DNA of 63,001 nt, filler included, from Choristocarpus tenellus KU-1152 (lineage: Eukaryota; Protista; Phaeophyceae): assembly GCA_964200185.2 (NCBI GenBank). It is 12 parts of 12 records of this genome, joined end to end, with 100 filler letters (N's around TTAATTAATTAA, not from the genome) between each part and the next. Parts side by side here need not be neighbours in the genome. Positions count along the whole stretch, not along the records: positions 37,081 to 41,240 come from CAXNAD020015916.1; positions 41,341 to 57,230 come from CAXNAD020000914.1; 10 more parts are not named here. The stretch is one strand, 5' to 3'. The translations under genes and the position numbers were made by a program. Positions 39,566 to 54,049 of the stretch are shown one piece after another; position 1 is the stretch's first letter, and every line of letters begins with the position of its first letter. The notes under the pieces are model-generated. The model had not been told where the DNA came from and ran no database searches. It worked only from the letters and a program-made list of their open reading frames with translations.

Positions 39566-41349
39566 ATTGTCACAGTGTGAAGATATTGACCGGACAGAGT
39601 ATTGTTTGTTGTGAGTGAGTGCGAGAGATGGTGGGGTTGCAGAGTTTGCCGAGGTGCTGGTGCTGATGAGAGGCAAGAGAAGGCATGTCTAGTTTTTTGT
39701 TTGTTCGAAAGAGGGTACTCACCTAATGCTACGATGAATTTTATTGTTTCTGTTGTGGTAGCATTGAACACAAAATAGTGGTATTGCTGTGTGTGTGAGG
39801 CTTCATGGGAGGAGCCTGTCCAAATTCCATCCCCCAGTTACTGGGGTAGGGAGTATTCACTATTAGTGCGTGCTAGTACGAGTTGTAGAGGACTGTTGTC
39901 AGCTCTGTGAAGCTACTCCATGCATTCCACGCATGCATTCAAACTACTTCAACGTACTAATAAAAACAAAAAATAGATGTTATTCTCGCACCATACAAAT
40001 AAAAATATACACACACACAAATACAAATACAAATACAGTCCTACCGTAAGTGGATCCTCAATGTGAAGTATGCAGAGGGTTCTATTGGTGCAAACAAACG
40101 TTGCTTCTCATACCATGCCCCCTAACCCTAAACCTAACGCTTCCCAGTCGCTCACCCCCTTTTGTTAGTTGGTAGGTTGTATTAAATGTGCTTCATCTCT
40201 CCTGGTGATGAATGGACCACCCCGATCCCTTCGCCTTCCCAGGTGATGCAGGTGCTCCTTGTGCTCAATGCACAGATCCCTGTCCTCTGTAACTACTCTG
40301 GCAGGGTGCCTGAGCTGACATTGCTGGTGATATCTAGGGAGTTTCTCGAAGAAGCACCCGTCAACGCCTTCTTGTGGTGTGTGGTACTCCTGATGGGGAA
40401 GGCACCTCCCACCCATCAGAAAGGTAAAAAAAACAAACTAAATGTTCCTGCACGTTTTCATAGGGCACAACAACAGAAAGCAATAATATTATTATTATTA
40501 TTAATAATAAATACAAAAAGGAACCACAATCACCAAGATCTGGAGGCATCTATCCCGGTACTGTCCATATAGGAGTTCCTGGCAAAGGGGTGTGTGTGTG
40601 TGTGTGTGTTGTTGTGGATGTATGCCTGTGTTTTTACTGTTCTGTACCTTCAGTGTGTTTAGAAACACCCGGCAAGGAGATTGTGGATTTCCTAAAACCT
40701 TGTTGGCATAGCTAATGACACCTCTGTGTACCACCGGTCGATCTTTCTGTTCTTTTTTTCCTCTTTCTAGTATCGTGGAATATTTATCTTCTTTTCCTGT
40801 GTAAAGGGGTCTCTCGCCCTTTTACAGGAGAGAGAAAAAGATCGGAAAAAAAAAGAAGTAGTAGTCGAGACTTGATCCTTCCACAGCTGTGCTGTACTTG
40901 GATGTGGTGTAATATTGAGGTTTGGATTGGGGTGGTGGCATGGAGTCGGGTGTGTGTGTACCTTTAGGCAAGCTGTAAGGGTAGTGCTTCCTCTCGGTTT
41001 TTTGTAGTTGGATGGGATGACCCCTCTCCCTCCCTCAGACCACGGCAACCCTATAAATCCCATCCTTCGTGGCTGGAACTTAGGTTTTCTTGGCCCACCG
41101 TGTGTGCTCTGTGGTGAGTTCTCCTATTGTGACTGCCGCGCCATCCCTAGGACCTTGCCACTCCTCCCTCCCCCCTCCCCCCCCCCCCCCCCCCCCGTCC
41201 GCTCTGTCTGGGGGTTTTTGGGTGCTGTGTGTGTTGTGCGNNNNNNNNNNNNNNNNNNNNNNNNNNNNNNNNNNNNNNNNNNNNTTAATTAATTAANNNN
41301 NNNNNNNNNNNNNNNNNNNNNNNNNNNNNNNNNNNNNNNNATTTTGGGT

Positions 41350-43000
41350 CAAACTCATCATCCATAGTATGCTCCATCCTCAATTTTGCTGAGAGGCTGT
41401 TAATGGAAGGGATGATACGAATCTAGTAGTAAATGTAGTTGATGGAACCAAACAGCTGCTGTCTCTTACTGGTGATATTATGATTCTTTTTAGGGGTACG
41501 TACAGTTCGAAGGGTAGTCTTTCTTTCGAGCGATGTTTAACGAAATTGTTACCATCATTTTGAGTTATTCTTTTTTGCATATCCGTGCAAAGCGTGAAAA
41601 CTGTTTTGTAGACCTTTAGAATTATTAGTGGAAGGTGAGGTTGCAAAAAATGACAAAAAGAAAAATAGTGGATGAGAAGGCTTCATACCAAAGAATTGTG
41701 GTCCGTTTGTTTACCACTCCTTTGTATTATTCACTGATGCATGGCATTATTTTGTTGTCCTGAAATTGTCGAATGTATTTATGCAATTCGTCAAGAAAAT
41801 ACCTTGTTCTAAATCAAGTGAACTTTGGACAGGAAACAGGGTCCTTTACGTAGGATAAAATCTATCCATTTTTCAACAGGAACTGTTTGAAAATACTTAG
41901 TTCAGCGTAGGGTGTCAACTGCTTTATTTCTATTGTTCATGTCTGCAATGGAATAATTTTCCTCTCAAATTTGATAGAGCTCTTGTGCTCTAAGATTTCC
42001 ACATGTTTTTGGAAGAATAGATGCATTCTTTTGTATCAAGGACACTTTTGACAGCAAAGAAGTCATACTTTGTTTCAAGGGCAATTGGAGCCCTTTCAAA
42101 AATTTTATTGGAATAGAGTGTACAACTTGTCCATAGACTGCGGGGAACAATGGGAAAGAGTGCAGGATAGCCAACATGCCATACTCACAAAAAATCGATT
42201 ATTATTAGTAGTGGTTGCAGGTGGCACTGATAAGTTTCTAAGTGTTAGTGAACATGAAAAACATAAAACAATACTTGCCCACCTCTTCACCCACCTACAG
42301 CATTCCCTCTTCCATGCACTATTAGAATCCTAACCTCCAACGATATTGTAACCCCTCGCACACCTACTTGCCACTGATCTCTACATACATGCCTTCCCAC
42401 CTTCTCACTATGACTAAATCACACAGGCCTGTAAGACGACCAAAAAGTGACTTTGAATTATCTTTCAATTTTTCACGTCCACCAGGATATCAAGAATACA
42501 ATTTCCGACCTATACTATAATCCACCATCACCCTTCAGCATGTTTGCACACCTTGCTATTCTCCTATCAAAAATGTGAGTTGACAAGTCTTCATCCAACC
42601 ACCCCCGTGCCTCTGATCTAACCTGAGCCTTTCTGGTCTACCTGGATTGCACTGCCACTTCATAGAAAAGATATATCAGCTATTTTCCTTTTTCAGTACA
42701 GAGGGAGAGTCACAAAGGAAAGGGAAAGGAGCTCAAGCATGCTCACAAAGCAAAAAGCTTCTCAAAAGCTGACAATCTGCCCTTTGTCATTGCCTCTATG
42801 CACAGAATAAGGCTATCCTTTACCCTTGTTCAATTGAAGCCCACCTAACGTTGCCTCAGACTACTCAAATGTCTTGATAATGGGCATCACCTAGCATAAT
42901 ATCTCATAACTACTGCTACCCTCAACAATCCTTCGTTGAATACTGACAATACAAAGAGTCAATGCACATCAACAGAGAAAAGACCTAACACAATCCCCTT
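41350..43000 (-). mobile_element. Degraded Penelope-like (or other non-LTR) reverse transcriptase relic
   Basis: Minus-strand NDKGQIV (ADKG-like, ~42780) and HCSPQSMDKLY (motif B-like, ~42130) in the expected order; heavily eroded. Confidence 0.35.
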
Positions 43001-43210
43001 AAATTATCAACAAAACACCACTATGCTAAACCCTGTGTGGACCTACAAATGACTGGCGCACACCTCAACACGTTTAGATCAAGTAAAAAAAGAAAGGTGA
43101 GAGTCACAATGTAGGCAAAACCTAAAACAGTACGTGGTTGTGTAAAGCACCTTTCATCTCATCTACACCAATCCCAACAGCATGGTAGACAAAGAAATAC
43201 ATATCAAAAT

Positions 43211-43393
43211 AACATGGAACTCATGACCAAAGAGTATAGCAAAGAGAGACCACACAACTAAGAAATGAACTGGTGTGCTGTCCCAAAACAAGGATCACAT
43301 TTGGAAACATCACATAACTCATGAGAGGTTAGTATAGTTTAGAGAGGCCATACGACTCTAGAATGAGCTGGTGCGCAGTCCCAAAAAACAAGG
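43211..43393. repeat. Diverged ~100-bp tandem duplication
   Basis: AACTCATGA..AGTATAG..GAGA..GAATGA.CTGGTG.GC.GTCCCAAAA..CAAGG occurs twice. Confidence 0.7.
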
Positions 43394-45498
43394 GCAGCCA
43401 TTCTCATTACAACAATTCTACAACAGGTGTACCAGTTACTTCCGGCTTTGGTGATTGCCCGGGCCACCTAAACACCTTCTTGATGGCCCCCTTGACAAGT
43501 TTAGCCTTCCTGGAAAGTGCACGGAGTCGGGTCTTGGTGCGGGGAAGCCCTAATCCACCAAATGCCCTCCATCTAAAGTTCTTCATTGCCTGAATAAGTG
43601 GACGTGGGGGAAGTGTTTGTAGGTGTCATAATGTACACTGCATGGTGGTGCATGCTTACACATTTATTTTTTTTGTGGAATTGAATGCTAAGGTGCATAA
43701 CTTATCACATTTTTCATTGCACAAGGCAGTTGGTGAGGGCCTCTTTGTACTTGATCGCTGATTCGATTTCCCAACAAGAGTGGAGTCCTACGTAAACACA
43801 AAACGCAACATTCTGTGAGGTTGGCTGAATACTCCATTTTTTCTTCATAGTCGGAAGTACCCCAAAACCAGCAGTAAATTACACACTTGTTGGTGTATCA
43901 GGAAAAAATTCTACAGCACGATAGTTCCATAGATACCAAAGATCACTAGACACTGTTGTGCACACCAATGTGTGTGTTGTAGACCTCTGTGAGGCAGAGC
44001 AATATTCATGGTAGCGAACACTTACTTATCAACACAGAGCATCAGTAGTACCAAGTAGTACGGCACATGAAGGAGAAAAATGTAATGTGTGTGACCAGCA
44101 CAGGAAACAGCTGCGACGAGGGCAAGTTCAACATCTTCACTGGATCACAACCAGTGACAGAAGTATGGGTCTGAAAAGTGATCTATTCGGACCAAACAGA
44201 ACCCTTGAAAAAACATGAAAAGGCTCAATTGGAAAAATATATTTACTGGACCTCTTTTTATTTCACATAGTTGTAGCCAAATATATGCCAATACTGAATT
44301 GTTCAACATTACCGGCTCCATACATAGTAGGACCCATGCCTGTCCACAATCTTAGCCAACGAAGACCTACCAGAATCCCTCACATTGCCATCTGCCCCTC
44401 TCCAAATACCTATTCTACTACTTCTACTGCGGTGCTGGTCTCTGCCCAATCCTCTTCCTGTTTCAGGCTTTGAGGTCATTGGTCAGCTTGCAACAGATGT
44501 GGGATGTCTGCTTTTGTGTCCTTTGTACAGATCCAACAATTCATTGATTGGTCGGCAATCTCAAAACTGAGTTGTAAGTAAAGTTAGATAAGATTTACTC
44601 TTGAAACTTAAAAACGAACAAAATGTAGCAGTCAAATTGATATTATGCTTCCGAGTGAACAGGATGGTAACGGTAGTTTTACTGTCTAGTATAGTGCTTG
44701 TATTGAAGCCAATGCTACAGACTGATCCAGAAAATATTATCTGATCATTCTTCATTCACATACTCCAATTCAAGTTTGCATAAGCCATTTTCAAATTTGT
44801 ATACTAATTAAAATAATTTTCAAGGCAGATTGATGCATGCAGTATATTGACAACCTCTTTGACTGTTATCTGTATCTCTTGAAATAATGCACTTGATAGT
44901 GATATCAACCTTGATCTATAATAATAAACTTAGCGTACAAAGCAATTTTAAGGGTGCCACGACTAATTTCTATGACACAAAATATGACCAAACATCAAAA
45001 TATCAATTTTTAAAAAAGGGTTCAGTGCAACCTGAACAGCATGCATTGGAGAACTTGTATATACTGATACAGATTTCAAGGTACATCTTACGTCAGGATT
45101 ACATGATTAAACCCAAGAGATTAGACTTTTCTGGCACCAAGAGATGATATCTGCTATACCTCAAAAAATGAACTGAACGTACAAAATATTCAAATTCTGT
45201 AATGATTCTGACTGACAAAAACCAACATATTTCTATGCTACTTGTACTCGGTCGATCAGGTGTATCACTGCCAGAGACAGATTTGAGTTACATCCAACTT
45301 TATATTAGACACCCTTACCAGAACTTTCTCTGCCTGGCTTTTGAAGACACCACAAAATAAATAACAATAGCTATCTAGCTCAAATTTTGTCACTGTTCCA
45401 CGTAAATACACAATAGTTCACATATTATATATTCAGAAAATGTTTCAGTATGACACAACCCTACCCCAACCATTTGCATCTGAGTATGGACATTCCAG

Positions 45499-47898
45499 TT
45501 AAGTCTCTGCTGCCCGTAACCATTTTACAAATTGTTCCTGTTGCCTGCTCACCTGTTTGTATTGCACATTCCGAAGGTATGATGTGGCAGACTCCCATGA
45601 CCATTTCTCTGTCTCCTCTCGAGCATCCAAGCTCATTTGCTGCCGCAGAACCTTGTTCTCCAGCAAATCTGTCACTCGCGATGCAAACCCATCCAAGTCC
45701 CCTGGTGGCACAAGGAATCCATTCTGAAACATTTGATCAGAACCACATTAAGTGGAAAATTGGGAAAGAGGAAGGGGCAACCCAAATAGTCAGTAAGCCA
45801 CCAGCCCATTCCAGCTTCATTTTATAGAAGAAAAGTTTGAGTTGAAGCACCGCTATCTCACAACATCTTGAGTACTAAAAGTGGCTTGTTGGAGAAGTGA
45901 AACACAAACCTTTTCACTGTTCATGTCACGCAACTGTCCCTCCTCACCTTCCCATGTGAAATCAGGTCTGGAATCCCTCCAGCATCTGCACCCACCACTG
46001 GTACCCCACTGGCCATTGATTCCAAAACCACAAACCCAAGTGTCTCAGAGTCAGAGGGCATCACAAAGACATCTGCTGAGGCGAAGGCCTGACTCAGCTC
46101 CACCCCAGACATGGAGCCTGTAAAGACGGTTTTCGTCCCTGCAAAATATTCCTTGAGTGCGTCTTCATCTGGACCGGTGCCTACCAGTGCCAGGCGTGCC
46201 TTAGGGATTCTGAGGTTTTGAGGTGCGAGATGATAAAATATCTAGATTACAGTAGGGTTGCGTGTGTTGTGAGATGGAGTTGATAAAACAAAATTAGGTT
46301 GACACTACTTTTTCCTTCCTCCCAGCTGAACATTGTGGATTTTTCTACAGTTTACTTTGTTTAATTTCTAACTACAGTTCTATAACAGCTCTTACCTTTC
46401 CAAAATACCTCGCAGATCTCGCAGACGCTTCTCTGATCCAAGACGTCCTATGTAGATAATCAAGGGATCATTTGGGCGACCGTCTGATAGTTTTGACCTC
46501 ATATCTGCTGACTTGAACTCTGGGTTGAATCGCTGTAGTATTTTTGTGTCAGTGTGGAGATAAGGAAGGCTTAATAGTTCAGTAACACAATATGACGGAA
46601 GATGAAGACACACCAGAAGTACGATGTTATAAATGTACTCTGAAAATATACAGGGCATCAAATCAAGACTCAACTCAGCCCGATACTCCAAACAATCTTC
46701 ACAACATATTTCAATACAAATGTCAGACTCTTGCCACTTAAGGTACATGCATCACCTCGACATCAATTCCCTTCCGCCACACGTCCACCCTCTCAATCCC
46801 CTGAGTCTCCAATTCTGCCTTCATCTGTGGGCTAGTGCACAGGGTCAGGTCAGCGCGGTTGTGGGCCATGCGAAGGATGGACCAAGCTGCATCCTCAATG
46901 AAGGGTATCCAGCCCATGTAGCTCCGGGCATAGAGCGGGAGGTGGGTGTGGTAAGACAATACCAAGGGCACCCGCATCAGGCGAGCATATAAGAGGGAGG
47001 TAAGAACGAAGAAGCCAGGAGAGGTTACGTGAATGATATCCGGCTTCATTCTCTTCAAAAGGTCCCAGCCTTTTCTTTCGTGGTCGAAGCTCAGCACGAT
47101 GTGGTTGTACAAGGGAAACCGGAAGCCACCTGTTGTGGTGATGGGGAACTGAAGGTGGCATGTCGGAGCATCCGATTTGTCATCGGTGGTGAGGATTTGG
47201 ATGTCATCACCTGCTTTGGACATGAACCTGTCGGATAACAGAGTAAATATAGGAGAGAAAATTAGACCTAGGGCATGCAACAGTTAAATGTAGAGAAGAA
47301 AACAAGCTATGTTTGCTGGATGAAGTGATTGAGGAAGCAGCGATGACGACCAAAGTACAAGCAGGAGCTACTCACTTTAGCATTTCTCGGAAGCGGTTGG
47401 AGTAGCCGCTGATGTGAGTGAAGGGAGTGGGCTCGATCATGAGCGCAACTTTAATCGGGGGGGTGTCAGTCAACTCCGGAATCGTTTTCGCTGACTTCTT
47501 TCCCTGAGAGATGGAGGACCAAAGGGAATTGATGGTATTAATCACGTATCGAACAGCTCACCGAATTCTTTTCAGGATAACTTACACATCCCCTAAGCAC
47601 AAACAACCCAGTCCCCGACTTCTCTCTAAGGCATTTCACACCAAGCATATGCACTCACCCCGAACCCCATTGTATGTTCGCCCCTTCGCCTTGACCGGCG
47701 TTCATGTGACCATTCGATATCCTTGCTCCCACAGAATTCCATCACCGAGGGCGAGACTCTCTGAATCATCCCTGATGGGGGATGCAAGGCCAATGAAGGT
47801 TCTACCAGCCCCATTATGCCAATCCACGCCAATCCCAGATAGGTCACAAGATTCGTTGCGGAGAATCTACAACAAAGAGTGGGTGATCGAGGAGTCAT
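45499..47898 (-). CDS. SQD2: Sulfoquinovosyltransferase (sulfolipid synthase, GT4). Exons 47659-47898, 47376-47503, 46756-47227, 46396-46532, 45948-46209, 45499-45723
   Basis: IEPTPFTHISGYSNRF, PDIIHVTSPG, SYHTHLP, ADLTLCTSPQ, WRKGID, IYIGRLGSEK, AFASADVFVMPSDSETLGFVVLESMASGVPVV, WSWESATSYLRNVQY. GT-AG junctions; hydrophobic signal-like N-terminus. Start codon tentative. Confidence 0.95.
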
Positions 47899-49599
47899 CT
47901 TAATGGCACTCCTTTTCCTTCCCGAAGGAAGGTCTGTGCAAAAGCAGGGCGATAGAGAAATGTCCACGTAGACTCTTCAGCAGCCGTCTAATGTAGAGGG
48001 GACCAGGCAAAGAGATGGAACAGTGAAGGATGAAAGTCGTTTGATATGCAGTATTATTGATGACTTTGCATGACGTGTGCCACTTATTTTTTCTTTCTGC
48101 GGGTACTTCCAAGACGTTCCAAAAAACAGGGAGGAGGTTTTTTTTTGGATGGAAAGTGAAAGTAATTGAACTCGTCTTAAATAGTAAGGTGCACTCGAAA
48201 CTTCATTTTCTACAGGTATTTCAAAGACGTTACAAAAAAAACAGGGAGGGCTTTTTTAAGGTAATATGGTAACCAAAAGTTTTCTGGATGAGTTGGCTAC
48301 GTCTGTGGTAAAAGGGAAAGGGGGGGAGGCTACAGGAGGAAAGGGGTTGTCAAATCTCGTTCACAACAGATTGTCTCTGTCACAAGACAAGTAGCTTCTA
48401 TCAAGATGTGTCATGCGTTTCAAGCTTGAGACATCAGGCAGATGGGCAAGGAGGGGCTTGTTAGATTCTTGGGATGCTTCCCTAGCTCCTCGCCCTGAGG
48501 TGTAGGGCTAACTAAGCTAGGTTGGAGACATAGGAGGACAGTGGTGTCGTATAGCTGGTAGTAAAATAGTACATAGATGATAGAAAAATGTCTTTCACAT
48601 TTACAACTTTTACTTTTTCAGGGGTTGTTCTGATACTGATTGACTTTTCATTGGTTTTCCCCCCAACACATCTGGAAAATGTCAGAGAGCATATTAATAA
48701 AATATAAAGTGAAGGTGATCCAACATTGCGTAAAACTGGTCGTCTTACCTCGTTACACATATTCTATATTAGTAGTAGTGGGTGGTGTATGACCAAAACT
48801 TTCATAATTCCCCCCTCAAACCATATAAAAATATATTAGGTGAAAACTGAAAATTGACAGCTACTACTGCTACTACTGTAAGGGTGTGTGGTGGTATTGG
48901 AAAACTGAATTTGGATATGTAGGACATGGTAGTAGAGGGAATGGGGTAGAAATTACACATCACTTAGAATTTCGCTTGAAAAAATCGATATTTCAAGGTT
49001 CAGATGAGGAATCGCGTAATGGCAGAGAGCGTATGTTAAGACACAGGTAAAGGCGGTGCTGTTGGGGGTGATAAAGGACTTGAGAAGAATATTACGTATG
49101 TATTGTCAAGGTATCAATGGAGTAGTTCTAATTATTTTGCGTACAAGGCCCGAGGAGCAAAAAATCACACACATATTCGGTGCATTCTGCTCGTGGCAGA
49201 CACTAAATAATATGCATCCCTGCATCTTACTGTGCAGGACTGGCAATCCAGGCCTTGTTGCTTATTGATGTTTGGGTCACTGAAGAGTTCAAGCATTTAA
49301 GTGTTTTGAACTCAAGCATGCTTGATGCTTCTTTAAAATATCTACACAGGCTGCCACGCCTCCATCCACCTATTCGTCCACACCCTCCTGCTCTTCATTA
49401 TTCTCTGTGACAGGCTAATAATAGTGTATGTATTGCTAAACGTGCTCGAACTGACACCAGGAGGAACTTTGTGCACGGACAGCCTATTTGGGGAAGGTTC
49501 AGATTTGTCTTATAGGTTCTACAGTGTAAAATCTGTATGTTGAGAATAAGTTGGAGTAATCAGTTGACATGTATGGTAGGTAATATCACCTTATGCACA

Positions 49600-50969
49600 T
49601 GACATATGATACTCATGACATTCGCAAATCATTTGAGGATGATTCACCACCCCCCCTCACGTATTTCTTGAGCCAGACAAACATCAAGCTTGAAAGAAAT
49701 CTTTATGTTAATCACAATAACAGGCTCTCAACCATCCATCCTGCTGGTGGGCAGGATATTGACATATCACAAGTGCCATACTCGAGTCTCATTGTCAGCC
49801 TACCGGCTTGTGGATTGCAGCCACATATGCCGTCAAGGTAAGGTGCTGGGAGTGTTTGAAATAACTCTTCTGTAGGATGTCATCATCAGTCCCAGGAGGA
49901 GCAACAAGGGTCTCCTCCCACAGTTTGCTCTCTCCAACTTCTCCAATCGTCTTCAGCTCCAACCTATTCATCCAGGCACATTTGACAGCTTCACTCAAGG
50001 CCAGCAACTCAGCCTTTGTCTTCCTCTTTCGCACATTCGATACCTTGCCCACATTCTCTCGAGCTTGTGATCCCCATGACCCAGTCAGTTGCAACTCCCC
50101 AGAATCCCAATAGCAATACCCCTCTGTGGGATCTCTTGTATCTCATGAACGTCTGGGGATGTGTGAATCTGAGACCATGGGGCACCACTCACAGATCCCA
50201 GCTATCACATGGAAGAATTCATTGCTTCATTGGATGTCATCAGGTCAAGATTATGCCCAACTCTGTAGGTCAATAATTTCATCAACCTCCCAATATATTG
50301 ACACTACTGTACAACCACTAGGACTCCCCTGCAGAGGAAAATATACGTGTGAAACGCCAGGATCCTGATATTTCCAATGCACCACGAGGATTGATATATT
50401 GTGAGGACGGGCTTGAGTTTTACCATAATCCACCCTGTCAATATATCATCTGAACCCCTGATACACCCCTGTGCGAGATCACACAATTCTTGTTGACAAC
50501 TTTGAACTGAAAGAATCTGAGACAGTGATGTGCCACGCACAGTACCTAGGTACCACAAGGGAGGGTGTGGTGCTTTATTCAATGCCATCTGGTCGAGATT
50601 TGTCCCAGCCCAACTGGACAACCCCAAAACAGACGGCTTGCCACTGGGCAACCACTAGGACTGTTCTACAAACGAAAGTATACCTGTTCAACGCTACAAT
50701 CCTGATATTCCCAACGCACCATACAGCGCCAAAAGATTGTGAGGGCTTCACTACTGATGAGTGAAGAGTAGCAGATATAACCTGATTTTTTCCCTCTAAA
50801 TAAAGGGGAAAAAAACGGCCGCAAAAAACAAGTTTGATATCTACCTTTTTCCTTTCTTCGGAAATACTCCCAAGTGTATCTATCATGACAAGAAGTTGAA
50901 AGTCATCAAAGAGTAATAGTCGATTAGGTAGTGGGGAAACCCACCTTCATTACTTCGAAGTATTTTAAG
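49600..50969 (-). mobile_element. Degraded DIRS-like RT/RNase H relic, interrupted by the mariner
   Basis: Minus strand: VCFGVVQLGW (LPFG-like), SDDILTG (YxDD-like), then KAELLALSEAV (RNase H-like). Confidence 0.45.
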
Positions 50970-50971
50970 TA

Positions 50972-52732
50972 CTTCCTCCATTCAGAATCACATATAATCA
51001 AATGTTTGCAGCCCCGATGTAGAAGAAAGATTATTTGTCACATATTCCTATTTTATTGGAGTAATGTGCAGACACTGAAAGGTTGCTCACCAAAATCTCC
51101 AGCAAAATGGGGCAGCCTATACCAATCTACGATTCCGCCCCTGAAGCCTCCAAACCTCCACTCCAGCATATTATTTCACCTCATCCACCAAGGCATTCGG
51201 AGGGAGCTTGCCCACGTTCTTGGCCTTTTCCTTGCTAAGATGGGAAATTTTGAAGACATTGTCACCCTTTGACACCAGCACTTCACCGTAGATTGCGAGG
51301 AGGCTCTGCTAGACGCTCTAGTGTCTATAGGAGTACACATTGAACGTCTCCGTTGTGGCCTCCACCAGCTCCTGTGTGTTTTTTCACCCCCACGTCTTCC
51401 TTCAGTTGCTGGATGGAATGAAAGAATCCCAGGTCATTGACGTTGAGGTCAGGTGAGTTGGTTGGCTAGGTCTGCATGACAGTGTCATCCCCCACTGCCT
51501 CCTCCATAGCCTCCATAATTTACCCCTTGGTGTGTGGCTTTGCCCCGTCCTACTACACAAAGATGGTGTGTCCTTCTGACCTAGGCATGCGGCACTTGAT
51601 TGCCGGGATGAAATCCTCGATAATGAGATTCTTGCACCTCTCCCTATCCACCATGGCTGGCAAAAGCACCTTGGTGCCCTTGGGGCAGTATTTACTGGAG
51701 CCCTGAGCAACCTTAGCGTCCGCAATTGGCCAGATTCCAATTTCCCCATTAAACCACACCCCATTGGAGAGCTTCCTAGGGCGACCCACGACTGGAAGGA
51801 AACATCACCTTTGTAGCGTAACGCTTATTCTATCCCCGTAGGCGTTTTGGGCGGTCCTCAGTGGATTGCAGGTACACACCTTTCCATCTTTGAGGATGCA
51901 AAACCACTTCTCGTCTACATGTACCCAGTCAAATAGATTGTCCACTAATACTCCACTTCTCCCCCTCCTACACGTGTGTGTGGCTGATGGCGAAACCCAC
52001 CCCGTTGACTCTCTGCTGGTCTGAGAGGACTGGCTTAATCCATTGCTCGATCTTATTTACCTTCTCACACTTGCACAGATCACACAACGAGGCAAGGGAG
52101 ACCCCAGCTTTGGCTGCCCATTGGTGAAGGATGTGTGGTGTACCGATGGGATATCCCAAACGTTGAGGATACTTGTACAGCAGCTACATTGCCCCTTGCG
52201 ATGTCGTACAAGGTACATGCATTCACCCCATTCGATCTGGCTGTCATACTCCTTCAGATGACAGAACACAGTGATTTGGGAAATTCCAAAGTCCTCCACA
52301 ATGGGCGCCGCTGTCCCCTGACGTATCTGAGTCTTGCACCCTCTTGCCTCCAGGCACTGTTTCACAAGACCGTTCTTCATCGGGGTGTTTGAGTCCTGAC
52401 CCCAGCCAGACTTCTGGGCCAAATAATTAGGACTAATGGGCGACGATGGGATGAGTGAGCCGCTTGAATGACAGGGGGCCTTCGTCCTAGGCATATCCCA
52501 ATAACACCAGCTTTGACAGTTTCATGAGGTTTTCATGCAATGTCAAATGCGACTTGGTTGACATTGCACTGGTGATCCTCCACAGTCATGACAGTCCACC
52601 ATCTCAAACTTTGCACACATCTCAATCTATATGAGAACTAAGCCTCATCCCGAGGGTTTATCACGTGGGTCATTCCTAAGCGAGATTGGAGTTTGCAAAA
52701 GTTATGTTATATTTAGTTCTGAACGGAGGACG
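50972..52732 (-). mobile_element. Full-length but inactivated Tc1/mariner element of the DD39D (plant/oomycete MLE) type
   Basis: TA|CTTCCTCCATTCAGAATCACATATAA ... TTATATTTAGTTCTGAACGGAGGACG|TA. Transposase motifs VHVDEKWF, WFNGEIGIWP, *DGAKPH, QPTHLT/LNVNDLGFF, GDNVFKISH; multiple frameshifts and stops. Confidence 0.9.
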
Positions 52733-53359
52733 TACTATGTAACAGGACTGGAGCAGGATCATGAGAGAGTGAAACCGTACCAGGTCATAGGCCAGCCCTT
52801 TTAAGAACACAACTGCAATGGGGTGGTGCCTCGAATCTACCACCTCAAAATAGGCTGGTTCACCCTTTCAAGTTACGTAGGTTATGCAGAACAACAAAAA
52901 AAAGTGTGGATTAGATTAATCTACACAACTCAAAAAATAATTGCTGTACTATTTTGAGTTGTGAAGGAGAAACGAGAGGGAATCAAAAACAGGCAGTCTT
53001 CAACTGGATCATATTATATTGAGATTTCAACTTTGAAGCATTTCAAAGTATGCCACAAACACACCCCGAAAACAAACTTAGTATTAAATACATAGAGAAG
53101 CAATAGTTATCCCATCAGTCGATCAATGCACAACAATTTGCAAGCGTAAAGAAACCAAACGCGAAAAAAACGAGGAAAGAATTTGATTTGATTGTTCATA
53201 TTCTTCTCATTACAATTTTTTCGCGTTTGTTTGAGGGGTCTCAGGCTCCTGTGCGTCGAAAGGTAGTAAGAAAGAATTCACTACACACTGTTATATACGA
53301 AAATTCAAATACTCCAGAGGAAAAAAATTGAAAAACAGTAAAAAAAAAAAGGAAAAGAA

Positions 53360-53398
<39 letters not shown>

Positions 53399-54049
53399 AG
53401 TGTAGGCACGAAGGGTAACCAAGAGAAACCCAGGTGTAAGATACTATATATGACCCAAAAGTTGAGATAGGGCATCATCAGCATCATCACACTTTTCCAG
53501 GTCCCATGGGAAAAGGGATTATCATATTCAGGGCCCCACCAGATTAACCCAATAAAAAAAATCGTCACTCATATAATTTCGTTCATGAAGCTCTTTGGGC
53601 CATTAACCATGAGCTTGTACCACCTGTCACTATTAGGTTGTTACCCTTGTACTCCATTCCTCAACAGTCATCCGAAAATGTTGTGGTCATCTTCTTGACA
53701 TGCCTATCACTTATTCTACTGTCCACCTTGGTTCTCTTTCAACTTGCAGCAATGCTTACCTCCGGATGAACAATGAATGGCCTTATCCTGTCATTGCCTT
53801 CCCTAACAGCATCTTCAAAACGTCAGAGGGCATTTATATACAGTACAATAGGTGTATGTGCTCCTTACAAAATACTGAGGTATACATTCACATGTTGACA
53901 ATTAAGTATGACGCTATATTACAGTTGTACAATAATGCTACATTCTACGGCCACAAAATGATGTTGTGACTTCTAATTACTACTACTAAAGATGATAGTA
54001 GCCTTCAGGTGGTAGCTGCTTTTTCACCATGCTTGGCAGATTCCCATGC

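Noticed and set aside
43600-44560. Possible pogo-like transposase relic (RPILLSL, ADGNV, Cys cluster)
   Set aside because: Motifs too degraded, no catalytic residues or TIRs confirmed
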